DNA from: Candidatus Multivoradales bacterium
GTDB lineage: Bacteria; Acidobacteriota; Thermoanaerobaculia; Multivoradales; JAHEKO01
Assembly (NCBI GenBank): GCA_965224065.1
Contig: CBDCYF010000005.1
Location: 2,006,695-2,070,694 of the forward strand
Direction of reading: 5' to 3'
DNA: 64,000 nt
The notes beneath the pieces were generated by a model. It worked only from the letters and a program-made list of their open reading frames with translations, ran no database searches and had not been told where the DNA came from. The position numbers were made by a program, and so were the translations under genes. Each line of letters begins with the position of its first letter. The first letter of the stretch is position 1. Below, one piece after another: positions 9,647 through 18,509 of the stretch.

Positions 9647-10459
9647 CTAGGGGAGCTTCTCGAGCCGCTCGCGGGCCAGTGCGGCCGCCGCCGTGTTCGG
9701 AAATCTGGCGATGATCTCTCGATAGGTCCTGCGGGCGGCCTCGGAGTCCCCGAGCTGCTCGAGGCAGTGACCGGATTTGAGCATCGCGTCCGGGACCTTG
9801 TTTCCCTCCGGGAACCGCTCGATCGTCTCGCGGAAGGCGGCCAGCGCTCCGCGGGTATCGCCGCGCTGAAGACGGGCCGCGCCGATCCAGAATTGGGCGT
9901 TGTCGGCCAAGTCGCTTCCCGAGTGACTTTGCAGAAACTGCTGGAACGCGCTTTCGGAATCCACCAAACGACCCTGGTGGTAGAGCGTGTAGCCCTGGTC
10001 ATAGAGAGCCTGCGCGTTTGGCGACTCCACCGGCGGTCCCGACGCGGCCGATGGCGCTGATGGCGCTGATGGCGCTGATAGCGCCGGTGACACCGGTTCG
10101 CCGGTGTGCTGCTGCGCTATTACCCCGTTCGCCGGTGCCGGCGCTAGCTCCTCCGACTCCACCGACGGCTCGACCATCGGCGGGGCAAGCGGCTTGTTTT
10201 CGGCGGGCGGAACCGGATCCTCGTCGGGCACAGTCACCGGTTGGGTGCCGGTAGAGCCCCGAAGCTCGGCGATCTGGCGCCGGAGCCTCTCGATCTCCAC
10301 CTCGGACATCCGCGCCTGCTGCTGGAGCTCGAGCACCCGCTCTTTGAGCCGCCGGATCTCTTCGGCCCGCCGCGAGCCGGGGGTCTTGGGGAGCCACGAC
10401 GAGGAGCAGGCCGCCGAGAGCGACAGCGCCAGCAGAAGTACGATGAGACGATGGCTCAT
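9647..10459 (-). CDS. cpoB: Tol-Pal system lipoprotein YbgF/CpoB
   Basis: The lipobox is LSAAC. An N-terminal coiled coil (RLKERVLELQQQ...IERLRRQIAELR) is followed by C-terminal TPR repeats (QALYDQGYTLYHQGR...), the classic CpoB architecture. It contains an in-frame 9-bp tandem repeat. Confidence 0.7.
   Translation of the reverse strand: MSHRLIVLLLALSLSAACSSSWLPKTPGSRRAEEIRRLKERVLELQQQARMSEVEIERLRRQIAELRGSTGTQPVTVPDEDPVPPAENKPLAPPMVEPSVESEELAPAPANGVIAQQHTGEPVSPALSAPSAPSAPSAASGPPVESPNAQALYDQGYTLYHQGRLVDSESAFQQFLQSHSGSDLADNAQFWIGAARLQRGDTRGALAAFRETIERFPEGNKVPDAMLKSGHCLEQLGDSEAARRTYREIIARFPNTAAAALARERLEKLP
10050..10085. repeat. 9-bp tandem repeat (GATGGCGCT x3 plus GATAGCGCC) inside cpoB, encoding SAPSAPSAPSA
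   Basis: Read directly from the sequence. The repeat is in frame, within the linker between the coiled-coil and TPR regions. Confidence 0.85.
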
Positions 10460-11274
10460 TGTTTCTTGGCGGCCCTTTTCACCTGTTTCCGGTCCCGCTT
10501 CGCCCGCCGCTTGGCGACGCCGCGGCGCTCGCCCTCGAGTCTCCTGAGGTATTTACTGCCGGTGTACTCGGCCTGGAGTAGGCCCAGCACCTCTTCCGCC
10601 TTCTCGTTCTCGCCGATTTCGAGGTGGGCGATACCGAGAAAATAGTAGATCTTGTCCTTCTCGGGGTAGGCGGGGTACTCATCCAGCACCCGTTGCAAAC
10701 GGATGGTTGCCGCCTTGAAGCAGATGTTGCCGCATTTGGCATAGCGTGCCCGTCTGAAGTTGTAGTGCCCGACCAGAAACTCGGCCTCCGCCAGGCTCGC
10801 GTTGACCTTGTCGATCTGGCGCTGCGTCTCCTCGGTGTATCCGCTGTCGGGAAACAAGTGCAACAGATCCTGATACGCGATGAGCGCCTCCCGGCTGATC
10901 GACTGGTCGCGGTCCGGCCGGCGCATTCTTCCCGCCAGGCTGGATGCGATCTGATACTGCACATAGGCGGCGCGTTCGCTGGTCGGGAACCGATTCTGAA
11001 AGTCGCGGTACTTCGCCTCGGCCTTGATGAAATTCTGCGTCCCTCCCTGCTGAAAATGCGCATCCGCAACCAGCAGCAAGGCCTCGCGCCCGCTGGCGGA
11101 ATTCGGCTCGACCTCGAAGGCGTGGGTCAGGTACTGCCGCGCGCGATAGAACTTCTTGGCGGCCATCAGGGCCTTGCCCTCCGCCAGCGACTCCTGCGCC
11201 GAAAGCCGCAGGATCGGGTCCTCCTTGGGCGCCCCGCAGCCGACCGCGAGCAACGCCAGCGAGAGCAGCCACAT
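10456..11274 (-). CDS. bamD: Outer-membrane protein assembly factor BamD (lipoprotein)
   Basis: I chose the ATG at 11274 (MWLLSLALLAVGCG lipobox) over the 479-aa ORF, whose N-terminal 207 aa are Gly/Arg-rich nonsense. TPR-like repeats are present, and a basic C-terminal tail KRRAKRDRKQVKRAAKKQ ends the protein. It overlaps the cpoB start by 4 nt. Confidence 0.8.
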   Translation of the reverse strand: MWLLSLALLAVGCGAPKEDPILRLSAQESLAEGKALMAAKKFYRARQYLTHAFEVEPNSASGREALLLVADAHFQQGGTQNFIKAEAKYRDFQNRFPTSERAAYVQYQIASSLAGRMRRPDRDQSISREALIAYQDLLHLFPDSGYTEETQRQIDKVNASLAEAEFLVGHYNFRRARYAKCGNICFKAATIRLQRVLDEYPAYPEKDKIYYFLGIAHLEIGENEKAEEVLGLLQAEYTGSKYLRRLEGERRGVAKRRAKRDRKQVKRAAKKQ

Positions 11275-11294
11275 GGCCGATCGACTCCGAAGCC

Positions 11295-11957
11295 TCACGA
11301 CGCCACCCCCACCGCTTGCTGGCGCAGGTCGGCCATCGCCGCCGCCGGATCCGTTCGGCCAAAAACCGCGGAGCCCGCGACACAGAATCCAACACCGGAC
11401 GAGGCCACTTCGGCGATATTGCGCTCGTCGATCCCGCCGTCCATCGCCACGACCAAATCGGGCTTGTGCTCGGCTCGCATCCGGTCGAGGCGCCGCGCCT
11501 TCTCGAGGCTGCGAGGCAAAAAGCTCTGCCCCGCAAAACCGGGATTCACCGACATGATCAACACAAAGTCCAGGCTCGGCAACACGTCGACCAGTACCTC
11601 CACCGGGGTCGCCGGGTTGAGCGCCACTCCCGCCTTCGCCCCGGCCCGCCGAATCCTCTCCACCAGACGGTCGAGATGAGTCGCGGCCTCCCAGTGGACC
11701 GAGACCCAGTCGGCTCCTGCCTCCAGATAATCGTCCAGCAGACGCCCTGGATTCGACACCATCAGATGGACGTCGAGGGGGAGCTGGGTGCGCTGCTTGA
11801 GCGCGCGCACCACCGGGATCCCAAACGTGAGATTGGGCACAAAATGACCATCCATCACGTCCACGTGCAATAAGTCCGCGCCGCCGCGCTCGCAAAGATC
11901 GCAGACACCGCCCAGGTCGGCCAGATCTCCCGCGAGGATGGAAGGTGCGAGCAACAC
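11295..11957 (-). CDS. rpe: Ribulose-phosphate 3-epimerase
   Basis: HVDVMDGHFVPNLTFG, DVHLMV and MSVNPGFAGQSF are present, and the protein is full length at 220 aa. Confidence 0.9.
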   Translation of the reverse strand: MLLAPSILAGDLADLGGVCDLCERGGADLLHVDVMDGHFVPNLTFGIPVVRALKQRTQLPLDVHLMVSNPGRLLDDYLEAGADWVSVHWEAATHLDRLVERIRRAGAKAGVALNPATPVEVLVDVLPSLDFVLIMSVNPGFAGQSFLPRSLEKARRLDRMRAEHKPDLVVAMDGGIDERNIAEVASSGVGFCVAGSAVFGRTDPAAAMADLRQQAVGVAS

Positions 11958-11962
11958 TTGGG

Positions 11963-12706
11963 CTACGCCTCGGCCTCGGACGTCGTTACCACCAGCGAGA
12001 TGACGTCGTTTTTGCGGAGCTGATGACCGGGGAGCGGGTACTGGCGCAGCACCACACCGGCGGCGATTCCCTCATAGGTCTCGAACTTGACACTCCCCAG
12101 GCGAAAATCCAAGGCCTTGAAATAGCCCTCGACCTCGGTGAGCCGCCGGTACACCAGATCGGGCATCATGTAGGTCTCCGACGGATTCTCCGCGCACAGG
12201 TAGACCTCGACCGCGGTGTTCTTGCCCACTTTGGTATGCGCGGTCGGTTTTTGTTGCGCCACGGTTCCCGGGGACGCGCCGGCGGCGTAGATCGCCGCGG
12301 TCCGGCCGAGCGTGAGGCCCGAGGCCGCCAGCGTCACCTGGACGGCTTGCAGGGCCTTGCCCCGCAGATCCGGGACCGACACCAGCTCCTCGCCCAACGA
12401 CCGGACGACGTCGATGGCGCTCCCTCGCTTGACCAGGCTTCCGGACGCGGGCTTTTGGAGCAGTATGTGCCCCGCCGGCACGTCCTCGTCGTAGCGCTCT
12501 TCGCCCTCGCGCCAGCGAAGTCTGAGACCCTGGTCTGTAGCCGCAGCCTCGGCCTGTCCGGCCTCCAGTCCCTCGAGCGCCGGGACCGCCGTCACCCCAC
12601 TGCGCACAAAGAGATTGAACGCAAAGTAGCCCGAGACCGTAAAAGCCACAAGGACCACCGCGGCGTAGACCAGCCAACCCAGAGACCTGATGACGCGCGA
12701 GCCCAT
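11963..12706 (-). CDS. Membrane-anchored stand-alone PASTA-domain protein (two PASTA repeats, no kinase or PBP domain)
   Basis: An N-terminal TM helix is followed by two ~65-aa PASTA-like repeats (VPxLxGxxxxxAxxxLxxxGL...). Confidence 0.6.
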   Translation of the reverse strand: MGSRVIRSLGWLVYAAVVLVAFTVSGYFAFNLFVRSGVTAVPALEGLEAGQAEAAATDQGLRLRWREGEERYDEDVPAGHILLQKPASGSLVKRGSAIDVVRSLGEELVSVPDLRGKALQAVQVTLAASGLTLGRTAAIYAAGASPGTVAQQKPTAHTKVGKNTAVEVYLCAENPSETYMMPDLVYRRLTEVEGYFKALDFRLGSVKFETYEGIAAGVVLRQYPLPGHQLRKNDVISLVVTTSEAEA

Positions 12707-12718
12707 TCGGCTCAGCCC

Positions 12719-13234
12719 TCAGTTGACCCAGAGATCGACCAGGCGATTGATCACCGACCGCGGGTAGTTGGCCGTCGAGGAGGGCAGACTCTTGAGTCGA
12801 CCCCTGATCTCTTCCAGGGCCGTTTCCATCGACTCGAGCGGCTTGGCTTGCCACAGGACCTTCTGGTCGCGGTTGACCAGCACCAGGACCGGAGCCGATT
12901 CACCTTCTTCGGCGTTTTCAAAGCCAAAAAGCCCCGAGAAGCCTCGATCGTCGCTCAACAGGGGAAACGGCAGCTCCAGCTCCCGCTGGAGAGACTTCAG
13001 CTCGTCGAGCTTTGCCGGCGAGACGCCGAGTGCCTTGGCGCCCACGAGCGAGCCCGCGTGGCTTGCGAGAAGGGACAGGTCCCGGCGAGCCCGCTGGTCG
13101 GCGGGAGCCCCAAAGAAGTAAAGCAAAACCGCGGACCGTGGCACTTCGTCGCGGAGCATCAACACCGCGTCCTCGGTCGAAGCCAGGTCGAAATTGGGCG
13201 CCGTGTCGCCTTCCGCCAGTCGTGCCATCAACAC
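12719..13234 (-). CDS. Redoxin/AhpC-TSA fold protein lacking the CxxC/peroxidatic Cys
   Basis: The thioredoxin-fold pattern is GDTAPNFDL...VLLYFFG...ELPFPLLSDD. The position of the catalytic Cys reads FFGAPAD. Confidence 0.5.
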   Translation of the reverse strand: MLMARLAEGDTAPNFDLASTEDAVLMLRDEVPRSAVLLYFFGAPADQRARRDLSLLASHAGSLVGAKALGVSPAKLDELKSLQRELELPFPLLSDDRGFSGLFGFENAEEGESAPVLVLVNRDQKVLWQAKPLESMETALEEIRGRLKSLPSSTANYPRSVINRLVDLWVN

Positions 13235-13268
13235 CGGTCCTTTCGCGAGAGCTCTTCCAACGGTCCCG

Positions 13269-14591
13269 TCAGGAGCCCGAGAGAAGACTCTCGGGGACGT
13301 TCTTGATGACGTCGAAATATAGCACCATGACCATCAGCATCACGATGAGCACAAACCCGACTTGATTGATCCGCTCCTTGAATTTGAGGGACAGATCCCG
13401 CCGAAAAACGGACTCGATGAGAAGCAACGCGATCTGGCCTCCGTCGAGCACCGGGATCGGCAGCAGATTGAGAATGGCGATGGAGATCGAGATCAGACCC
13501 ATCAGATGGAGCAGGTTGCGAAAACCGCTTCGGGCCGCCGCCCCCGACAGCGCGGCGATCTCGATCGGTCCGGACAGCGCGCTCTTAGCGGCCAGCTTGC
13601 CAGTGAAGATCTTCCCGAGAACGCGAAACGTCTGCTGTGTCACGTCCCAGTTGAACCGCACGCTCTGGACCAGGGACTCGACCGGGCCATAGCGCTGAAA
13701 CGCGGTGGCGGCCAGGCTGACGCCGATCCGGCCGCGGCCGTCCTCGAGCGCCGGCACCACGCGCAAATGGACCGGCTGACCGTCGCGCACAACCTCGACG
13801 GCGATCTCGCGCTCGGGATTCTCCGACAGATAGGCCACAAAATCCTGCTGCCCCGCCAACGGCCGGCCATCCACCGCGCGCACCTCGTCTCCGGACCGGA
13901 ACCCGGCCCGCTCCGCCGGGTCGCCCTCGAACACCTCGACGATCCGTGGCAGCACATTGGGGTAGACCCCCGCGTCGCCAAATTCGTAGCGCGGGACCTT
14001 GATCGGAGTGAGAACCGTCTCGAGCGTCTGGTCGCCACGCCGGAACCGCACGGTGAGCTCCTGCTCGGGGGCCGTCATGATCGCGAACCGCGCTTCGTCC
14101 CACCGGGTGATCGCTTGACCGTCGATCTCCAGAACTTCGTCCCCGGGCTCGAAACCGGCAGCGGCGGCCGGACCGTCGGGCCGCACGCTGCCCACCACCG
14201 CCGGGATGTCGGGCGGCGCCGCCACTTCGATTCCAACCATGAAGACCACCGCGATCAACACGATCGCCAGCGCCACGTTCATGACCGGCCCGGCCAGATA
14301 GATCAGGATCCGCTGCCACCGTGGCCGGTTGAGAAACTCCCTTGGATCGTCCGAGGCCTCCGACGGATCCTCTCCGGTCAGTTGGACGTATCCGCCCAGG
14401 GGAACCAGCGCGACGCGGTAATCGGTCCCTCCCCGCTCGAACCCCCACAGCCGCTTGCCGAATCCCAGAGAAAAGACCCTCGCCGGGACGCGAAAAAACT
14501 TCGCCATGAGCAAGTGCCCCAGCTCGTGGATAAAGATGATCACGCCGAGCGCGAACACAAAGGCGGCGGCATTGGTCAACAGATCGATCAT
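13269..14591 (-). CDS. rseP: RIP zinc metalloprotease RseP (site-2 protease)
   Basis: HELGH zinc motif, two PDZ domains and the C-terminal LDGG motif are present; length 440 aa. Confidence 0.9.
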   Translation of the reverse strand: MIDLLTNAAAFVFALGVIIFIHELGHLLMAKFFRVPARVFSLGFGKRLWGFERGGTDYRVALVPLGGYVQLTGEDPSEASDDPREFLNRPRWQRILIYLAGPVMNVALAIVLIAVVFMVGIEVAAPPDIPAVVGSVRPDGPAAAAGFEPGDEVLEIDGQAITRWDEARFAIMTAPEQELTVRFRRGDQTLETVLTPIKVPRYEFGDAGVYPNVLPRIVEVFEGDPAERAGFRSGDEVRAVDGRPLAGQQDFVAYLSENPEREIAVEVVRDGQPVHLRVVPALEDGRGRIGVSLAATAFQRYGPVESLVQSVRFNWDVTQQTFRVLGKIFTGKLAAKSALSGPIEIAALSGAAARSGFRNLLHLMGLISISIAILNLLPIPVLDGGQIALLLIESVFRRDLSLKFKERINQVGFVLIVMLMVMVLYFDVIKNVPESLLSGS

Positions 14592-14691
14592 CGTTCTATG
14601 CGGCTCCCAACCTGGGGGAACGGCCCCCGATCATACTTCACCCTCGCAGAGGCATTGCAGAAAACATGCCGCTGCCCAAGACCCACGGTTC

Positions 14692-15507
14692 TCAGCCCAG
14701 CCCCAGAATCCAGGTCAAAAAAACAAACACCGGTGCGGCCAGGAGGAGGGCGTCGAGGCGGTCGAACATGCCCCCGTGGCCGGGGAGAAGGACGCCCGAG
14801 TCCTTGACTCCGGCCGACCTCTTGATCATCGACTCGATCAGGTCGCCGGCTTGCGCCGCCACCCCCGTCAGCGCCGCCAGCAGCAAAAGCCCTGAGCCGA
14901 TGCCGCCGTGGCGCCACCACCCCCACACGGCGGCGGCGGCCAGGCCGGCCGCCAGACCGGCACCGGCGCCCAGCCACGTCTTGTTGGGGCTGATCTCCGG
15001 CGCCAGCTTGCGCTTTCCCCAGCGGCAGCCGGCATAGTACGCGGCGGAATCGCCGGCCCAGACGATGGCCAAGAGCAGCACGAGCAACCAGGGCCCGGCG
15101 GCGTGGATCCGGTGGAGGCTCGCCACCGCGACCGAAAAGTAGGCGGCGCCAAAGCTCAGCGAGCCGACGGTCAGAAAGGCTTTGTCGACGCCGCCCCGAC
15201 CGGCGAGCGTCGCGATCCCGGCGACACCCGAGAGCAGAAAAGCACAGAGGAGGATGAGCCTCTCGGCCGTCCCGCCCTCCGGCGTCCGCCACAGATCGGC
15301 GCTCATCAGGAGCGCGGCCAGCGCCACGATCGCCGGCAACGTCCAGACGGCTCGGCCGGCCCCGGCCGAGCGCGCGAGCCGGACGTACTCGAACACCGCG
15401 ATCTCGACCGCGGCGAGAAAAAAGAAAAAAGACCACGGGCCCTGCAGCCAGAAGACCGCTGTGGCGACCAAGGGAAGCGCGACCGCGGCGGTCAGAATAC
15501 GCTGCAA
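14692..15507 (-). CDS. cdsA: Phosphatidate cytidylyltransferase
   Basis: A multi-TM protein with the C-terminal CdsA signature SxxKRxxGVKDSGxLLPGHGGxxDRxD. Confidence 0.85.
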   Translation of the reverse strand: MQRILTAAVALPLVATAVFWLQGPWSFFFFLAAVEIAVFEYVRLARSAGAGRAVWTLPAIVALAALLMSADLWRTPEGGTAERLILLCAFLLSGVAGIATLAGRGGVDKAFLTVGSLSFGAAYFSVAVASLHRIHAAGPWLLVLLLAIVWAGDSAAYYAGCRWGKRKLAPEISPNKTWLGAGAGLAAGLAAAAVWGWWRHGGIGSGLLLLAALTGVAAQAGDLIESMIKRSAGVKDSGVLLPGHGGMFDRLDALLLAAPVFVFLTWILGLG

Positions 15508-15517
15508 CGACCGCTCG

Positions 15518-16324
15518 CTATCCGAGACGGCTGCGACCGGCCCGGACGCCGTCCCCGGTGTCGCCGATCCGGCCGAAACGACGGTCGCGCGCCTGAAAGT
15601 CGATCAGCGCCTCCAGCAGATGGCGGCGCCGAAAATCGGGCCACAACACGTCGACAAAGGAGATCTCCGTGTACGCCATCTGCCACAGAAGGAAATTGGA
15701 GACTCTCTGCTCACCGGACGTGCGAATCAGCAGGTCCGGGTCGTGCTGACCGGCGCTGTAGAGATAGCGACCCAGGGTCTCCTCATCGATGTCGGTCCCC
15801 TTGCCCTGCGCCCAGTCGGTGACGATCCGGCGACAGGCGTCGACGATCTCGCAGCGGCCCGAGTAGTTGAGCGCGATGTTGAGCCGCAAGCCGGCGCAAT
15901 CTCGCGTCGCATCGAGCGCCTGTTCGAGAACCCGCACCACCGATGGGTCCAGCTCACGCCAGCGGCCCAGGATCTCGAGGCGGATGTCGTTGTCGACCAG
16001 CGACTCGAGCTCCTTGCGAACATACTCCTTGAGCAGGTTCATCAGGGTCCAGATCTCGTATCGTGGACGGTTCCAGTTCTCCACCGAAAACGCGTAAAGA
16101 GTCAGCGCCTCGAGCCCCAGGGCCGCCGAGGCCTCGATCACGTCGCGCACCGAGTCGACCCCGGCGCGATGGCCTTCGACCCGCGGCCGGCCCTGGGCCT
16201 GAGCCCAGCGTCCGTTGCCGTCCATGATGATGGCGACATGCTTGGGCAGCCGCTCTTCGTCCAGGCGCCGCACCTGCAGCTCCTCAACCGAGCCCGGCTC
16301 GGCCAGCTTTTGGCGATCGATCAT
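15518..16324 (-). CDS. uppS: Isoprenyl transferase (undecaprenyl diphosphate synthase)
   Basis: HVAIIMDGNGRWA and the RTSGEQRVSNFLLWQ motif are present. uppS-cdsA-rseP is the canonical gene order. Confidence 0.9.
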   Translation of the reverse strand: MIDRQKLAEPGSVEELQVRRLDEERLPKHVAIIMDGNGRWAQAQGRPRVEGHRAGVDSVRDVIEASAALGLEALTLYAFSVENWNRPRYEIWTLMNLLKEYVRKELESLVDNDIRLEILGRWRELDPSVVRVLEQALDATRDCAGLRLNIALNYSGRCEIVDACRRIVTDWAQGKGTDIDEETLGRYLYSAGQHDPDLLIRTSGEQRVSNFLLWQMAYTEISFVDVLWPDFRRRHLLEALIDFQARDRRFGRIGDTGDGVRAGRSRLG

Positions 16325-16381
16325 CGAGGAGACCCTCCTGGTCGCCGCTAACCTACCATAGCCAGGCCGTTAAACCCGGTG

Positions 16382-17164
16382 TCAGCGGGGCCTGAGACGG
16401 GTGTCGTACTCGTCCAGCGGTTGCCATCGCTCGGGGTAATCGACGCGCTCGAGAGTGAGCCCATGGGCCGGCGCGGTCGGACCGGCGTCGCTTCGGGGCG
16501 CTCCCTCCAGGAGCGTCAGAAAGGACCGAACCGAACGTCGACCGCCCCCTACTTCGAGAAGGGTCCCGACGAGCGAGCGCACCATCCCGCGCAAGAACCC
16601 CTCACCCTCGAAACTCAGCTCGAGACGCTCTCCGGCCTCGGCGATCTCGGCGCGAAAAATCCGCCGGTACGGGTCGCGATGGGAACCACCGGCGAGCGCG
16701 AACGCGGTGAAGTCGTGACGGCCCACCAGACCGGCCAGCGCGCGCCGCATCGCCTCGACGTCGAGCTCGCGGCTCACCCGCACCGAAAAGGGCGCATCGA
16801 GCGGCGACTGGACCCGCGAGCGCACCAGCCGGTAACAATAGAGCTTGCCGGAGGCGTGTTTTCTGGCGTGGAACCCCTCAGACATCCGGCCGGCGGCGAT
16901 CGCTCGTATGTCCTCCGATAGCACGTGGTTTGTCCCATGAACGAGAGCGCGAAGCGGAAGATCCTTTGACAGCTCCAGATGAGCGGCCTGGGCGCGGGCG
17001 TGCACCCCGGCGTCGGTGCGACCCGCGCCCACGATCCGGACCGGCCGGCGGACCAGTGCGCCGACCGCTTCCTCGACCGCCTGCTGAACGCTCCGCGCGT
17101 CGGGCTGCCGCTGCCACCCGCAGTAGGCGCCGCCCCGATACCCGAGAATCAGCCTGTAGACCAT
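16382..17164 (-). CDS. truA: tRNA pseudouridine(38-40) synthase TruA
   Basis: RTDAGVHA holds the catalytic Asp, and the GxxFLxxMVR and KxYxYR motifs are present. I chose the ATG at 17164 (MVYRL). The 616-aa ORF from 18232 is an artefactual extension across the neighbouring gene. Confidence 0.85.
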   Translation of the reverse strand: MVYRLILGYRGGAYCGWQRQPDARSVQQAVEEAVGALVRRPVRIVGAGRTDAGVHARAQAAHLELSKDLPLRALVHGTNHVLSEDIRAIAAGRMSEGFHARKHASGKLYCYRLVRSRVQSPLDAPFSVRVSRELDVEAMRRALAGLVGRHDFTAFALAGGSHRDPYRRIFRAEIAEAGERLELSFEGEGFLRGMVRSLVGTLLEVGGGRRSVRSFLTLLEGAPRSDAGPTAPAHGLTLERVDYPERWQPLDEYDTRLRPR

Positions 17165-18501
17165 CGCCGGGAACGAAGAAACATCAAGCCAAAGGGCGCC
17201 CAGATGGCCAGATAGACCCACGGCATGAGCGGCGCGCCGGTGAATTGCGGAAGGTAGGAGAGCGGGACCAAGGCCGACAGCAGCAGCCACGCCGGTTGCC
17301 GGGAGATCGCGGCCCAGGGCAGCACCCACAACAGATACCATGGGTACACGGTTGCGGAGCACAGAATGATCGTGCCGAAAACCGCCCCGGTGAGGGGAGC
17401 CACGCGGCCCGGCCGGCTCCGCCAGGTCAGCAACGCGATGCTCCCGGCGGCCAGCACTCCCAGGACGATCTTGGCGAGCAACTGCGGATAGTTGAACGGA
17501 TAGAGACGATTCCACCTGTCGTGCCCGCCCTGGCGCTCTTTGAGGGCGTCGAGCACTCCCTCGATCCAGGCGGTGATCTCCAACCGATCGATCAGCCGCC
17601 ACAGCGGCTCGAACAACGGCCCGTTGAACTCCCACGAAACACCATAGGTGAGATATCCCGGCGGTATCCCGCCCACCGAGTGGACCACCGGCGCAAACGA
17701 GATCGCCGCGACCGCCAGGGCGACGGCCAGAAAGACCAACGGCCGGCCGCTCGAGCGCGCCCAGACCGGCAGCGCGAGCAGCGGAACGACCTTGGCCAGG
17801 ATCGCGGCGCCGGCCGCCACCGCCGCGCCCGTCACCCGCTTCGGCCGGCCGGAGAGCCACAGCACCACCACGGCGACCGCCAAGACCCCGAGGGCGTCGA
17901 CGTGGCCCATCCCGGCGATCTCGAGCACCGGCAGCGGGCTCCACGCATACCAGACCACCCGGCCTACCGGCACGGACAACTTCCGCGCAACCAGCACCAG
18001 CAGATAGCAGACCGCGAGATCGGCCGCCGTCAGGATCGTCTTGAGCACCAGAACCGGCGCCGGGAACCGAGCTGCGAGAGCAAAGACCGAGACCGCCAGC
18101 GGCGGGTAGACCGTCTCGACCTCGCGGTGCGCCAGGCGGTCGTACAGACCGTCCCGCAACGGCTCGAGCTCGGGGTCTTCCGGCGCCACCAGATAGGGGT
18201 TGAGCCCGGCGCCGGCGACGCGACCGTCCCACACATAGCGGTAGACGTCATCCGAGAGGGTCGGCGGCAACGGCAGCGCCAGCAGCCGCAAAGCCGCGGC
18301 CACCAGCAGGATGCCGGCCATCGAGGACTGAGGATCTTTTGCTATCCTCGCCGCCGCCCAGACGAGACCGCAGAAACCGGCCGCCAGCCAGGCCACTGTC
18401 ACCCACGGATGGGCCGCAAGATCGAACGTCACCAGCAACCCCGCCTGAGCCACGAAGAGCGGCGCCGCCGCCACGGCAGCGCGACGAACTGAACGCCTCA
18501 C
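17149..18501 (-). CDS. Polytopic membrane glycosyltransferase, GT87/DUF2029-like (GT-C fold); start uncertain (GTG at 18501, ATG at 18321)
   Basis: About 10 TM helices with periplasmic-loop acidic motifs (SDDVYRYVWDGR), typical of GT-C mannosyl/arabinosyltransferase-like proteins. It overlaps truA by 16 nt. Confidence 0.5.
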   Translation of the reverse strand: MRRSVRRAAVAAAPLFVAQAGLLVTFDLAAHPWVTVAWLAAGFCGLVWAAARIAKDPQSSMAGILLVAAALRLLALPLPPTLSDDVYRYVWDGRVAGAGLNPYLVAPEDPELEPLRDGLYDRLAHREVETVYPPLAVSVFALAARFPAPVLVLKTILTAADLAVCYLLVLVARKLSVPVGRVVWYAWSPLPVLEIAGMGHVDALGVLAVAVVVLWLSGRPKRVTGAAVAAGAAILAKVVPLLALPVWARSSGRPLVFLAVALAVAAISFAPVVHSVGGIPPGYLTYGVSWEFNGPLFEPLWRLIDRLEITAWIEGVLDALKERQGGHDRWNRLYPFNYPQLLAKIVLGVLAAGSIALLTWRSRPGRVAPLTGAVFGTIILCSATVYPWYLLWVLPWAAISRQPAWLLLSALVPLSYLPQFTGAPLMPWVYLAIWAPFGLMFLRSRRWSTG

Positions 18502-18509
18502 CAATCGCA

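Noticed and set aside
10456-11895. 479-aa ORF, a long N-terminal extension of bamD
   Set aside because: The first 207 codons encode Gly/Arg-rich low-complexity text that overlaps rpe on the same strand in another frame. The lipoprotein signal MWLLSLALLAVGCG starts at the internal ATG at 11274.
16382-18232. 616-aa ORF fusing truA with upstream sequence
   Set aside because: Only the C-terminal 260 aa are TruA. The upstream 356 codons are an alternative frame across the GT-C glycosyltransferase gene, made of Arg/Gly/Ala-rich GC-bias noise.
16930-18492. 520-aa plus-strand ORF antisense to the GT87-like gene
   Set aside because: Extreme Arg/Pro/Gly/Gln composition with no motifs. It is a typical antisense open frame in 68% GC DNA.
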